From NCBI GenBank assembly GCA_051546255.1, contig CP128817.1:682001-746000 (forward strand): a DNA stretch of 64,000 nucleotides, in the 5' to 3' direction. The number at the start of each line of letters is the position of its first letter. Position 1 is the first letter of the stretch. The notes below the pieces were generated by a model that was not told the origin of the DNA, made no database searches, and worked only from the letters and a program-made list of their open reading frames with translations. This document shows positions 18,001 through 29,119 of this stretch, in pieces. The stretch comes from Meyerozyma guilliermondii. Taxonomy: Eukaryota. The position numbers were made by a program, and so were the translations under genes.

Positions 18001-19620
18001 CTAGCTCGATATATTTATTCCATTTCGTTCTTGGTGTAAGCTTTCAAGCGTAGCTGATCTCACTTTGTTGCGCAAATTTCTCTGGTTCAACTGCCATGCA
18101 AGCTCCTTCAGCAACTGGTTCTGGCATGGTCCTTCGATGCACTCTCTGATATCGTTGTATAGTACCTGTCTCCACTTCTTTTGAAGTTTTGTCCAGTGCT
18201 TTGAAACATGGTTGAAGCCAACCACAATGCCCAACGATGTCAAAGCTAAGGCAGCATTAGCAGTGAAGTCAAAGTGCCAGTACGCTAAAAATGCTATAGC
18301 AGTCAAGGGCACTTGGTAGAATAAGAGAGCTTGGGTTATTCTGGCGTATACTTGTGGCTGAATTTCGGCAGAAATACGGTCTTCGATAACGGACTGACGA
18401 AGATCATAAATTGGATTTTCAAAATTCTCGGTTGGTTTCTGTCCATTTTGGTTTTGTAAAGAGGTGACAATGCGTCCCCGAGTGTATCCGTAGGCTTCGA
18501 TGGTTTTGTTCATGAAATTCTTGCTGAAGTAGTCCTTCAACTCGTATTCCACATTGTCATTTTTGAGGTAGAGTTTCCACCATGGAAGTTTTCTCTTGAA
18601 GAAAAATGCAAGGTTTGGTTCAAAGTCTCGCTGCAACTCGCCATGAGCGTCAGTTCGAAACTGAGAGATAATGTGTTCTGGAAGATCATTTTCAACTTCG
18701 TAATTATTAGCCTCAACTCTGGAGACAATATCATTTAATAGTAATCTCTGGGTGACCAGTGGTCTCAGATACCACGATAAGAGTTTCTGGAGCTCGTATA
18801 TGTTGCTGTTTTGGAGTCCACTGACGAAAGTGTCGGTGGCTTTTGTGTCGTGCTTGAGAAAAGCTTCCACGGCTTCTAGATACAAGCTGGAGTCGAGCTT
18901 GATGGTATTTTGACTCGGAGTGAATTTTGAGAACGAAACTGGTGATTTTTGAAGCGAAGCTTTCGTATACTCGCTGTTGTCTACCACCACTGCGTTTGCT
19001 CTCTCGCCAGAAACTATCACCGAGTCGGTGACTAGGAGCTCAAGTACACAGCTTTCAGTCAGCTCATTCAATTCCACAAGCTCGATATCTTGCAATTGTT
19101 CTGGAGCTCCAAGAATCTCAGAAAATACTGGCCGGATTTCCGCAGAGAGCATTGATGAAGGTATTGAAAAAGTATTGGTTTCTTCGTCAACATTGACTTC
19201 CTGGCTAAATCTGAAGGTCGCATTCTTACTGCGATCTCGCTGGGCAATATCACGAAGCCATTCTTGGTTTCCAGCAGCCAATGGCTCCGCTAGTATAGCC
19301 TCTATAATTCTCGACAGATGGGCCACTTTGGCACTACTATACTTGATACCAAGCCTCAATTCTTTTATGTTTCCGGTCTTTCGATGGTGAAGATACTCGT
19401 TTATACTCTTGGTGGCCCCCTTATCTTCGGGAAATGTATTTTTGTATCGTTGAAGTTGTTCCACAATTGAAAAGTCGTTTTTCAGTGGACCTTTTTCGAT
19501 TCCAGAATTTTCTTTTGGTCCACTGGTGCTCACTATAGTAATGTACCGCTTCCCACAATGACGCGTACACCCACCGAGAGAGCTCAAGTGCCGCAAAGGC
19601 ATATTTTTAATTGTAGCCAT
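18001..19620 (-). CDS. Conserved fungal protein, probably mitochondrial with a C-terminal membrane hairpin; Mmc1-like
   Basis: 539 aa from ATG 19620; basic presequence-like N-terminus, ILAEPLA, LPWWKLYLKNDNV motif, two short TM segments near the C-terminus. The Mmc1 resemblance is from memory of the WWKL motif. Confidence 0.6.
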   Translation of the reverse strand: MATIKNMPLRHLSSLGGCTRHCGKRYITIVSTSGPKENSGIEKGPLKNDFSIVEQLQRYKNTFPEDKGATKSINEYLHHRKTGNIKELRLGIKYSSAKVAHLSRIIEAILAEPLAAGNQEWLRDIAQRDRSKNATFRFSQEVNVDEETNTFSIPSSMLSAEIRPVFSEILGAPEQLQDIELVELNELTESCVLELLVTDSVIVSGERANAVVVDNSEYTKASLQKSPVSFSKFTPSQNTIKLDSSLYLEAVEAFLKHDTKATDTFVSGLQNSNIYELQKLLSWYLRPLVTQRLLLNDIVSRVEANNYEVENDLPEHIISQFRTDAHGELQRDFEPNLAFFFKRKLPWWKLYLKNDNVEYELKDYFSKNFMNKTIEAYGYTRGRIVTSLQNQNGQKPTENFENPIYDLRQSVIEDRISAEIQPQVYARITQALLFYQVPLTAIAFLAYWHFDFTANAALALTSLGIVVGFNHVSKHWTKLQKKWRQVLYNDIRECIEGPCQNQLLKELAWQLNQRNLRNKVRSATLESLHQERNGINISS

Positions 19621-19869
19621 ATCTGATATTTTAGTCGGACCCGAGTTGGTAGATGGTGCATCCAAACACCCAGAGTTAAATAGGAAGATAGCGAACAAAA
19701 AGTAGAAACGAAACAGAAGGGATTATTTCAACTTTTTCCGCTTAAACCACTAAATCTTATAAGCTACCTACGAGGAAACTCGTCGTTACTTTCGTTTATT
19801 GAGCAATTTATTTCTGCATCCAGACACCGTCCTATAATACCCAGCCTCGGCGGTTGCTCAAGTTGCAAC

Positions 19870-21393
19870 ATGTCTATTGAATTGTGGAGTCGTAATACCA
19901 TTTCTGTGGCCTTAAAAGGTCTCAGGAAATATGCCTCGTTCATCGGACCGGGAATCATGGTTTCTGTGGCATATATGGACCCGGGCAATTATTCTACTGC
20001 AGTTCTGTCCGGTGCCATGTATGGTTATGACCTCTTATTTGTGGTATTTATGTCCAATTTGTTTGCCGTTATTTTGCAATGTTTGTGTGTCAAGTTGGGG
20101 ACGGTGACTGGGCTTGACCTTGCCGAAATGTGTCGGTTGCACTTGCCATATTGGCTCAATTTGTCGTTATATGTGTGTGCTGAAATTGCCATTATAGCCA
20201 CAGATTTGGCTGAAGTTGTAGGCACGGCAATAGCATTGGAGATTTTGTTTGGTATTCCATTGATATATGGAGTTTTCATTACTGTGCTTGATGTTTTGAT
20301 AGTTTTGATGGCTTATCACAAAGATGGTTCTATGCGACAAACGAGAACATTCGAAATCATGGTTTCAATATTGGTGTTAGCAACTTGTGTTTGCTTTGTG
20401 GTTGAGTTATTCAAGTGTGACTTTGAACCAGGTGCCCTTGGCTCCATAGTAAAGGGGTTCTTGCCCGTGAACAGCGAGATTTTCAGAGAGTCAAATGCCC
20501 TCTTCTTGAGTTGTGGTATCGTTGGGTCTACAGTTATGCCTCATTCTCTCTTTTTGGGCTCGGCTTTGGTCCAGTCTCGCTTGAAAGAGTACGATGAAAA
20601 ACATGGCCGTATTGTTCAGCACGAAGATACCGATGAAGAGCCAGCACAGTTGCCCAATACAGTGAGCAAGTTCCGTAGCATTTCCGATGGAAGTGCTCTT
20701 GCTCACCGGTACAGACCTTCACAAGCTGCTATCAAGTACTGCTTAAACTTCTCGTACGCAGAATTGATTTTCTCGTTGTTTTTGATAGCAGTGTTTGTCA
20801 ATGCAGCTATATTGATTGTCGCTGGAAGTACGCTTTACAGAAAACCGGATGCCGAAGACGCTGACCTCTTGTCCATCTATGAGATGCTTTCGTACTATAT
20901 TTCGCCTGCTGCCGGCTTGGTATTTGCTCTTTCGATGTTGTTTTCGGGTCAAAGTGCTGGCATTGTCTGTACTATGGCAGGTCAAATTATTTCTGAGGGC
21001 TTCATAAACTGGACGTTCCGGCCTTGGATCCGTCGTATCATTACTCGTGTGCTTGCTATCATTCCTGTCGTTATTGTCATATCCATCTTGGGCCGTGAAG
21101 GAGTTTCTAAAATCATGAATTCTTCACAAGTGGTGTTGAGTTTCATACTTCCATTGGTAAGTGCACCATTGATATACTTTACATGCTTGAAGCAATTTAT
21201 GGTGGTTTACGATGCAGCTCCTCAATCAGAAACCACTCCATTATTAGAAGGACACCAGGAACCCGTTACAGTAACCAAAATCACCTATGAAAATAGCAGG
21301 TGGTTGGCAGGTGCCAGCATCGCTACGTGGGCCATCATTTCTTTCTTGAATATTTATTTGATTATAGCATTTGCCAATGGCGCAGACATTTAA
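19870..21393 (+). CDS. SMF3: NRAMP divalent metal transporter
   Basis: GPGIMVSVAYMDPGNY, ATDLAEVVG, GSTVMPHSLFLGS, GQSAGIVCTMAGQ; convergent with RSC58 as for S. cerevisiae SMF3. Confidence 0.9.
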   Translation: MSIELWSRNTISVALKGLRKYASFIGPGIMVSVAYMDPGNYSTAVLSGAMYGYDLLFVVFMSNLFAVILQCLCVKLGTVTGLDLAEMCRLHLPYWLNLSLYVCAEIAIIATDLAEVVGTAIALEILFGIPLIYGVFITVLDVLIVLMAYHKDGSMRQTRTFEIMVSILVLATCVCFVVELFKCDFEPGALGSIVKGFLPVNSEIFRESNALFLSCGIVGSTVMPHSLFLGSALVQSRLKEYDEKHGRIVQHEDTDEEPAQLPNTVSKFRSISDGSALAHRYRPSQAAIKYCLNFSYAELIFSLFLIAVFVNAAILIVAGSTLYRKPDAEDADLLSIYEMLSYYISPAAGLVFALSMLFSGQSAGIVCTMAGQIISEGFINWTFRPWIRRIITRVLAIIPVVIVISILGREGVSKIMNSSQVVLSFILPLVSAPLIYFTCLKQFMVVYDAAPQSETTPLLEGHQEPVTVTKITYENSRWLAGASIATWAIISFLNIYLIIAFANGADI

Positions 21394-21398
21394 CTAAT

Positions 21399-23105
21399 TC
21401 ATTGCAATTTATTTTTTTTCTTGTAAGGTCCTCTGATACTGGGCAATCTGGTGGATTTTCCAGTAATAGCTGGGGCTCTGATAGCCAGCATTCCTGGTAA
21501 AGTACCACTGTAGTCTGCCACTAGAACGGGAAGTTTTTTGCTGAATTGAATCGCCAAGTCACTGGCATTGACATTGTAGACCTCGATGAATAGTATTATC
21601 AATTTGGTGGCTTTGTTGTACAAGCGAACTTCTGTCTGTGTGGGCGGAATGATGCTGTTGTTTGAGCTTTGATAGTAGCGCTCCTGCCTCAACTTGTTTA
21701 ACCGAAGCAAAGTAGATGTGATCACATTCGCAAAGTCCCGACTGGATCTTTTGATGGCTTCTTTTTCCTGCTTGATCGATTCCAACTCTGCTAAATTTCC
21801 AGGCGCCCACTGAACCAAATTGGCAACGTCAATTTCAAGGTTCTTTTTTTGATCTGTCTCAATAGACGTTTCATGCTTTTCCACTTCTCCAACATCATTT
21901 ACAGGTTCTCTTGCGTGTTCTTCCTTTTCTACTGGTTTGGTTTCAGTGGTACCGTTCGTTTTCGTTTGAGAGTCTTTCGTACGGTAATACAAAGCCTTGT
22001 ACTCTTCGATCTCTTTGCGGCCAATATGGCTCAACCACACAGAGTTCTTCAAGTCGAGAGTAACAGCCGAATCACTGGTGTCCACCACAGGCGCAAACGA
22101 TGCATAAGAATCGTCTGTACGTGAAACAAGTCTCAAGTCATCATTGTGCTTGCCCTTGAGAAGACTCGACTCCACTGCTGGCTTGAGGATCTTAGTTTTA
22201 TAAGACAACCACCTTGGAATAGGAGTGGTGTACCATATTGAATGGAAGTAGTTGGATATGATATCTGTTGGTAGGGTATTTGGAGGAGGAATTTTGGACA
22301 CTGGTGGGGAAAGTGATTCGAGAGTGGTAGTATTACTGGCCGCCGCAGTATTAATAGGAATGGTTTTGGCAAGGCCATAAGGATCTGGCACTATAGTGTA
22401 GCGAGGGTCAATTTCAGACTTTCCTGTCAAAGACGAAAAGAGAGGTTGTTTCTTTGCTTTTGCTTGTGGTTGAGGCAGAAACAGATTGTATAAACTGGGA
22501 TAACCATTTGGGGTATTTAACTCGCTGTTGGGTTCAGTTTCGGGTTCTGGAAGCATATGAGTGAAAACCTCACCATTAGGACTCACACTGTTATATATCT
22601 TCATGAAATCCTCCTGGACTTGTGACTGTATTTCTGTAGCAACTGGGGTAGAGCGGCCCTTCTGGAGTGCAAAATGGTACCTGCTTGCTTCTCTCAAGAT
22701 CAAGTCTGTGGTAAATTTATAAAATAAGTCTATGTTGTTGTATTCATCTGATCCAATTCTGAACTCTTTAATTTCAAGAGAGCATACTGCTTTAATATCA
22801 TGATGGAGTGAATAAATGCTGGTATATCGACGATTCGAGTACTTGTCAAGTATGCTCAAAGTCTTTTGTTTCGGATGCGACTCGATATAAGCTGTAAATG
22901 AATGAATAATTTGGCTCGATTCGGCTTCATGGAAGTCTTGAGGAATCACCTTTCGTGACAAAAGATTTACATCTTCATCCGCTCGCTTGAAAACAACAAA
23001 AAGATTATCAATAACGGTGGATAATTGCTCTGTGGTTAGTATTGAAGTTGTATATGCTTTTGTGTACTCTGATTGCAGAGAATAGTGCTTACCGTTACGC
23101 CCCAT
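21399..23105 (-). CDS. RSC58: RSC chromatin-remodelling subunit Rsc58
   Basis: QPLFSSLTGKSEIDPR, IPPPNTLPTDIISNYFH..WY..P.PRWLSY, SFAPVVD motifs; start ATG 23105 (an upstream in-frame ATG at 23222 is possible). Confidence 0.8.
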   Translation of the reverse strand: MGRNGKHYSLQSEYTKAYTTSILTTEQLSTVIDNLFVVFKRADEDVNLLSRKVIPQDFHEAESSQIIHSFTAYIESHPKQKTLSILDKYSNRRYTSIYSLHHDIKAVCSLEIKEFRIGSDEYNNIDLFYKFTTDLILREASRYHFALQKGRSTPVATEIQSQVQEDFMKIYNSVSPNGEVFTHMLPEPETEPNSELNTPNGYPSLYNLFLPQPQAKAKKQPLFSSLTGKSEIDPRYTIVPDPYGLAKTIPINTAAASNTTTLESLSPPVSKIPPPNTLPTDIISNYFHSIWYTTPIPRWLSYKTKILKPAVESSLLKGKHNDDLRLVSRTDDSYASFAPVVDTSDSAVTLDLKNSVWLSHIGRKEIEEYKALYYRTKDSQTKTNGTTETKPVEKEEHAREPVNDVGEVEKHETSIETDQKKNLEIDVANLVQWAPGNLAELESIKQEKEAIKRSSRDFANVITSTLLRLNKLRQERYYQSSNNSIIPPTQTEVRLYNKATKLIILFIEVYNVNASDLAIQFSKKLPVLVADYSGTLPGMLAIRAPAITGKSTRLPSIRGPYKKKNKLQ

Positions 23106-24526
23106 AGTTACGCGAGATGGTGGAAGTTGAATTTGTTTTTCGCCGAGAATGCGACTCAATGATACCGTGGTGTTCGGGTGTGTCGGGTTACGAAAAATCA
23201 GGTAGTACCTAGTGTAAAACATCCTATGAAAAGATACAATGATATGTTTTGGAATGATTGTGTATCTCTTTACGGTTGATTGAGTTGCTGTAATTCTTCA
23301 AGACTTTTCAAAATTTATAAAATTTTAAGATTTGTGTCTTTTGCAAATTATGTAAATGGTGCAAAATGACTACTCAACATTAAACAGAAATTTCAAGTTA
23401 AAAATTATCAAAGTATCAAAACTGGTTCCATGCAAATCCAGATGGCCTCACGATGTTGACTTCGTTCATTTCTGTTCAAATATTCTACTTTTCTGATTCC
23501 AGGTGCAGAGTTGGAAGCTGCAAAAATGTCGCGCTCATTTGAAAAAGTAGTTTATGAAGTATGCTTCCATGAACGTGATGTAAAGCACACGCGTTTTCTG
23601 CTCAGAGAGCTTAGTCAAATCATGCAAGTGAGCAGTACCGCTACTCTTAGTGAGGTTAAAAAAAACTTATATAATCTTCATTGACAAAAGCAAAGCTTGG
23701 GACCTAAATTAGGACTCATATTGGGACCCGAATCGGACAATATAAAACCATCTGTATAATCAACGTCACAAAGGACACCTTATAACAAGCGTTAACCATG
23801 TTTGATACTCTAAAAAAGAATGAGATAATTTTTATCTTAAATTCAAGGTGAAACATGACCGTATTAACAACCTATGTTAACAACCGCAGCATTGTCCCAC
23901 CAAAATTCCAGTGGTTTTGGCTTCAAACCGCCAACGAAAAAACAGGCAAACCGTTTGCGGCTTCCTTCGCAACCATCGCCCGTCATCGTAACATCTTGAC
24001 TCAATACCAACATTTCTCACCCCCCAAACCGAATTCAAAAGTTTTTAACAAAATGTGTCCAAGGTAACGAGGCACAGCTTTGACTCAGGATGAAATTTAA
24101 GGTTCTCCGTTATCGGTGACAGTTGCAAATAAGCAACAGGCGGGGATATATTTTTTCTCATGCACAAAGCGCACCCGAAAACGGCTGCCCCATGCAGAAG
24201 GTGCATAAAAATATTCCGGACCCAGCAGAGTCAATGCCGAAACTTTACAATTGCAACATGGAACAACTGAAGCCAGTACTCTTAGAAAAAAACCATACTG
24301 TTGATATGAGTTTTGTAGACCTGGCTATCGAGCTTACACATTTTGAAAAATTCGTGTTTTACCCCACCAAATGGAATAGCAAACGTTTTGGATGTGACAA
24401 ATTTACACTTCTTCATGGCTCACAATCTGCATAATTCTACTTCAGTTTTAGCTGCTAAAAGAATTCCGCCTACAATACCATCAAGAAAACATAGATTGGA
24501 AGCAAGCATAACTAATTTTAATTTCC

Positions 24527-25726
24527 TTAGAATGGAACAATGTTGGACTCATCGGTGTATTTGACTGGAGCGATGGAGATTTCTTTATTTTCAAGGTCAT
24601 AAACGAGGTAAGCCGACCTCAAGACGTTTATACCAATGATATTGAGTCTCTGATCAGGAAGCCAAGTCTGTGTCTCCAAAGTAAGTTGGCACATTCCGTT
24701 GCTGGGAGTTTTCCGCAAATCATCAAGCGTAATCAAATTTCTGTAAGGAACGACGATATTAACGCCTTGTCCAAAATTGAAAATTATATCTTTGTCGTAA
24801 CAAGGTCCATAGTAAGCCTTGTTTTCACCAAGTACCCAGCCACGACTTTTAGCCAATGGTTCAAGAATTTCAGCTTGTAATTCTGTATTGGTTGTTCCGG
24901 TATCCAAAACCGAAGGAATACCTTGTCCAGAAACCATGCTATCATTGACACCAATACTGACGAGGTCGATTGATAAATGATTCCGCAAAGTAACCGGAAA
25001 TGTTTTCAACAGACCTTCCTCATACTTTGCAGTATCAATGGCACCAAAAAGGATAGAGCCCGTGTCACCAGATTTTTCGTTCAAGTAAATTGAGTATGCA
25101 ACCTTGTCGATATAGTTTTGGTTCTTCAATTGAACGGGGAAGTTGGGATACGCCCGAGCGGTTTCCTCATTAACTTCGTAGCCAACACCCAAAATTCCAA
25201 TCTGCTGATCAGATTTATCAATAGCAGCAAATTGAAAATCTGGTATAACGACATCGGGCATCTTTGCAAATGCTACACGATCGGTGAAATATTCTCCAAA
25301 CGCTCCGCCAATACCATAGGTGAAATTTGCAACAATATCAATATCTTTTGCAGTGGTTGAGTTAGAAGGGTTGTAGGAACCATACTGTTTGCAATCGTAC
25401 TTTGAGAAACAAGTGATGTTGGTTTGCGGAATCCACATATCGCTCGACCCGGTATCAAGTAAAACCGATACTGGTTGTTCATTCGAGCCCACGAGCAAAT
25501 CGATTTCGAAAAAGAAGAAACGGTCTCTTATAGGATCCGAAACTGAGATGTCTCTCTTAACCAAATTTGACAGATAACTGTGGGGGAGCACTTTACGATT
25601 GAAATCAAGCTTGACGTACTTGGCTGCACTGCGAGGCACTAGTTCATGCAACGAGACCGCAAACGCTGGTGTAAGCACCAAAGCAGCACTTAGGGACGTG
25701 GATACCAAAGTTGAAAGCAAAACCAT
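24527..25726 (-). CDS. Secreted aspartyl protease (candidapepsin/SAP family), copy A
   Basis: Signal peptide, YVKLDF propeptide, Kex2 site LVKR, catalytic LLDTGSSD and VLDTGTT, LRSAYLVYDL, ends YTDESNIVPF with no GPI tail. Confidence 0.95.
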   Translation of the reverse strand: MVLLSTLVSTSLSAALVLTPAFAVSLHELVPRSAAKYVKLDFNRKVLPHSYLSNLVKRDISVSDPIRDRFFFFEIDLLVGSNEQPVSVLLDTGSSDMWIPQTNITCFSKYDCKQYGSYNPSNSTTAKDIDIVANFTYGIGGAFGEYFTDRVAFAKMPDVVIPDFQFAAIDKSDQQIGILGVGYEVNEETARAYPNFPVQLKNQNYIDKVAYSIYLNEKSGDTGSILFGAIDTAKYEEGLLKTFPVTLRNHLSIDLVSIGVNDSMVSGQGIPSVLDTGTTNTELQAEILEPLAKSRGWVLGENKAYYGPCYDKDIIFNFGQGVNIVVPYRNLITLDDLRKTPSNGMCQLTLETQTWLPDQRLNIIGINVLRSAYLVYDLENKEISIAPVKYTDESNIVPF

Positions 25727-25828
25727 TGTAGCGAGAGGGTACTTTTCCAGTCACTTTATATTCGAAACTTGGACCAACCATGGCAACTTTTGTCGGATGC
25801 ACTGATAACCAGTACCTATCAAAAATGC

Positions 25829-25848
25829 TGCGGCTAATTTGAGCCGCA
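25829..25848. promoter_or_regulatory. Inverted repeat TGCGGCT-N6-AGCCGCA containing an Stp1/Stp2-type CGGCTC element
   Basis: tgcggct aatttg agccgca, about 100-120 bp upstream of the SAP-A ATG and beyond a TATAAA (minus strand, ~25755-25760). Confidence 0.55.
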
Positions 25849-26829
25849 TCCTATCGCGTATTCCCAAGGGGTCTCACGTACAACGGCTAAACGCACAATG
25901 TACGTCTTTCACCGATAAGCAGCCACCAATTATTGCAAAACCGTTTAGTGTAGAGTTTGTATACCAAGTGAAAGTTGAATTGGGTGAGTTGAGCACCACC
26001 AGATCATTGTGGTTTTGATTGACAGATTTTGAGTAACTTTTGGTTATTGGCAATGAACGTTGCAATCAAAACCCCTTAAACATGAGGTACACTCGCTTGC
26101 AGCAAAATATGCAACTCAAGCGGAGATATGCACCTTGTGCATAAAAAGGTTATGGGCACTGACCACGTCAAACTGCAAATTACAGGTACTCCGCTTTCAA
26201 CATTCCACGATACCAGCGAAGTCAGAGTCGAGTCAATTTGACGCGGTAATAACTACCCCATTCACCAATTGCTATCGTAATTATCTCTAGCCGTCATAAT
26301 AGATGGAATAGAAGTTTTGAAGAATTTCACCTAAACCGCCCAAGTTGATTTTTGCCTAAAACATTCGTGAATTGATAAGACAGAGTCAAAATTCATTCTC
26401 GTATGACACAGCGGACTTAGAGTTCTCTCGCTTAATGTCTAGATTTGCCAATGACTAGAAAGTCCACTTGACTCAACTCACACTTCTTACTCAAGAGAGA
26501 TTTTTGGTGAGAAAAAATATATCAAATAAAGATATAGATTTCAATCAGATGGAAGGTTCCATTTTCTCTAAGTCATGCTCCTTTCAAAGAATCTAAGCTA
26601 CATGAATAAAATACCTCGGCATCCTGACAAAAGAAGATTCCCTCTACTCCGCACCATTTGCGTACAGGAAAATTCACAGATTTGTATACCCGATTTTCAC
26701 CAACACAACTGGTCCGTAAATTATGTTGAGTAATTTCGAATCGGTCTACTCAAATCGGATTACCCGAATCGAATTACTACAAATTCTACACATTATAAGC
26801 AAGAAAACATTGGTCGTATAAACTCAGAA

Positions 26830-28074
26830 TTACAACTCAACCACGTTCGAATCGGTGGTGTAGTTAACATTAGCAATTGAAATTTGCTCGGCATCAAGGT
26901 CATACACAACGTAAGCGGATCTCAAAAAGTTGTCACCGAGAATGGTGATACCCTCAATTTTCGGATTAGTGTTGGGCAACACCGTTATAATGCAAAGGCT
27001 GTTGTCGTCGGTTACTGACATAGTAACAGCCGAATAAGGCACGGTAACAGTTCCTCCATTACCAAAGTTAAACACAAAGTCCGGTCCACTGCAGGGGCCG
27101 GCATAGTAGTTACCTGGTGGCTGCTGAGCAGATGAGCTAACATCAATCCAATTCAATTTCGCAGCCAATTGGTAATATTCTTCTTTTTTGATATAACTCA
27201 AGGTGGTTCCTGAGTCCAAAACTCCGTTCAAACCAGAGAGACTGACACTTTGACCACCGACTGAGAGCAGCTGGAGTGGAATTTGCAACCGTTCGTTACC
27301 GGAAGTCAGATAGGTGGTTAACTTACCCTTGTACTTGCGGGTGTCTTTACCTCCAAACAAGATGGTTCCGGTTTGGGCATTGACCGAGTTCAAATAGAGA
27401 GAGTATGCTCTTTTGTTGATATAGTTTTGGCTCTTCAACAACGACACAAAGTTAGGGTACTCTTGTCTGGCAGCCTCATTAGCTTCGTATCCAATTCCCA
27501 AAATTCCCGACGCACCTTCAGAGTCGGTAATGTCTGCAAATTGCAATCCCTTGACAGTGACACCGGAAGCTTCCCCAAGAGAAACATCATCTTTGTAGTA
27601 GGTCCCTGTTGAGGCACCACTACCATATTCCAAATCGACAGGAATGTTGAGATTCTGAGAGGTGGTCGACGAGCTAGGATCATACAGACCATTTGCATGG
27701 CAGTCCAGATTATCACCACAATACAGGTTCGAATCGACCACATTCAAGTCAGATGATCCAGTGTCGAGAGCCACCGTCACTTTGTTTTTGCTGGATCCGA
27801 TCAAAAGCTCAATGATATAAGATCCACCGCTGCCGTGAATTGGGACTGAAATAGGGCTATTGGCTACTTTTAGCTTTGAGTTACCATCGACAAGAAGCGA
27901 CAAAGAATCACCATTAAATGTGAAATTGGTTCCTTGAGGTGGTGTCACATTGAAGTCAAGGGCAATCACCTTCTTGTCATCTCTAGGTTGAATGGGGATA
28001 GACAAACCGAGAGTAGACGGAACGATGAGAGCGAGAACTAGTGCTTGAGCAGCAGCGATGTTGAATGGGAACAT
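26830..28074 (-). CDS. Secreted aspartyl protease (candidapepsin/SAP family), copy B
   Basis: Signal peptide, VIALDFNV, catalytic ALDTGSSD and VLDSGTT, ILGDNFLRSAYVVYDL, ends YTTDSNVVEL; no GPI tail. Confidence 0.95.
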   Translation of the reverse strand: MFPFNIAAAQALVLALIVPSTLGLSIPIQPRDDKKVIALDFNVTPPQGTNFTFNGDSLSLLVDGNSKLKVANSPISVPIHGSGGSYIIELLIGSSKNKVTVALDTGSSDLNVVDSNLYCGDNLDCHANGLYDPSSSTTSQNLNIPVDLEYGSGASTGTYYKDDVSLGEASGVTVKGLQFADITDSEGASGILGIGYEANEAARQEYPNFVSLLKSQNYINKRAYSLYLNSVNAQTGTILFGGKDTRKYKGKLTTYLTSGNERLQIPLQLLSVGGQSVSLSGLNGVLDSGTTLSYIKKEEYYQLAAKLNWIDVSSSAQQPPGNYYAGPCSGPDFVFNFGNGGTVTVPYSAVTMSVTDDNSLCIITVLPNTNPKIEGITILGDNFLRSAYVVYDLDAEQISIANVNYTTDSNVVEL

Positions 28075-29063
28075 TTTCAGAATGTCATTATTGGAGTCAA
28101 GGCGGACTTATATACTCCAGGAAGCGCAATGTAGCAGCAATTTTACCTCCTGATTGCGAGCGGAATTGAAGAACTCTATTCCCGCTGCATGGAAAGTTGC
28201 CCGGTGAAATAATATCCGAAACCGCTCAACGCGGGTATATTATTCAATAAGAATGCGCCTTTTTTTGAAAGAAGATTAAGATGAAGATTTGGTTCTCTCT
28301 ATTGTAGGTGAAGCATGCATTGATAGAATATGCTACATATCGACACATTCTTGCAGAATCGACAAGACGCACGGCTCTGCACGTTTAGTCGCACGGCACC
28401 GTGGACACCGAACCGGTTAGAGTTGAATCCCGGCTATTATGCACCGAACATTAAATTCTACTCCTTGCTGCAAGGGACTACAAACCGAGGGCCACTGAAC
28501 TTGCCGACTACCCTGGGGGTACCCCAATCACCTTGAATAATATTTTCTGTCCGAGCCTACAAACCAGTTGCAAAGCAAGAGCCAAAGTCGATTTCTTGAC
28601 ATCATTTAGTTGGTATACTCGTTTTCCATATATGGAATTTCGCAGCCATTGCTTTGTTCAATTGGACCGAACCGGGCATTCATTCGCCTATTTGACTAAC
28701 AATCTTGAAATCTAACGGCCGACTACTTACTGCTCGAATTGAGTTTTGAAGTATCGAATTTCGAGAAATTACAGTCCTAAAGGCATCACTAGCATCCTGT
28801 TCCAAACTGGTCCAAAGCATATGCTATCTTCTTGTCGTGCAGCACATATTGCGTACTCACGTCCGTGCGAAGTAAGGCATTTTCGGGTTCGCTAAAAATA
28901 GCCTTTCGTAGAAACTTTACATCGTATGGTATGATCACGGCCCACGCACGTTCCCTACCCCACTTTCACGGCCAAAGGTCGAGAAGTATATTACCGCAAA
29001 AGCGATACCCATCGCTCGAAAGCGGTATTTACGCAGCTATCAGACCAGACCACAACGGTAAGC

Positions 29064-29119
29064 CGCACGTCGTACGCACGTCATACGCACGTCCCTGCAT
29101 GTGTCAAAATATGCACGTC
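29064..29119 (+). repeat. CGCACGTC motif x3 at 11-bp period plus a fourth GCACGTC
   Basis: Copies at 29064, 29075, 29086 and 29113. Confidence 0.8.

Noticed and set aside
23855..24434. Short ORFs in the RSC58-SAP gap as pseudogene or transposon relics
   Set aside because: No protease, transposase, RT or integrase motifs in the frames I read; cannot be supported without a search.
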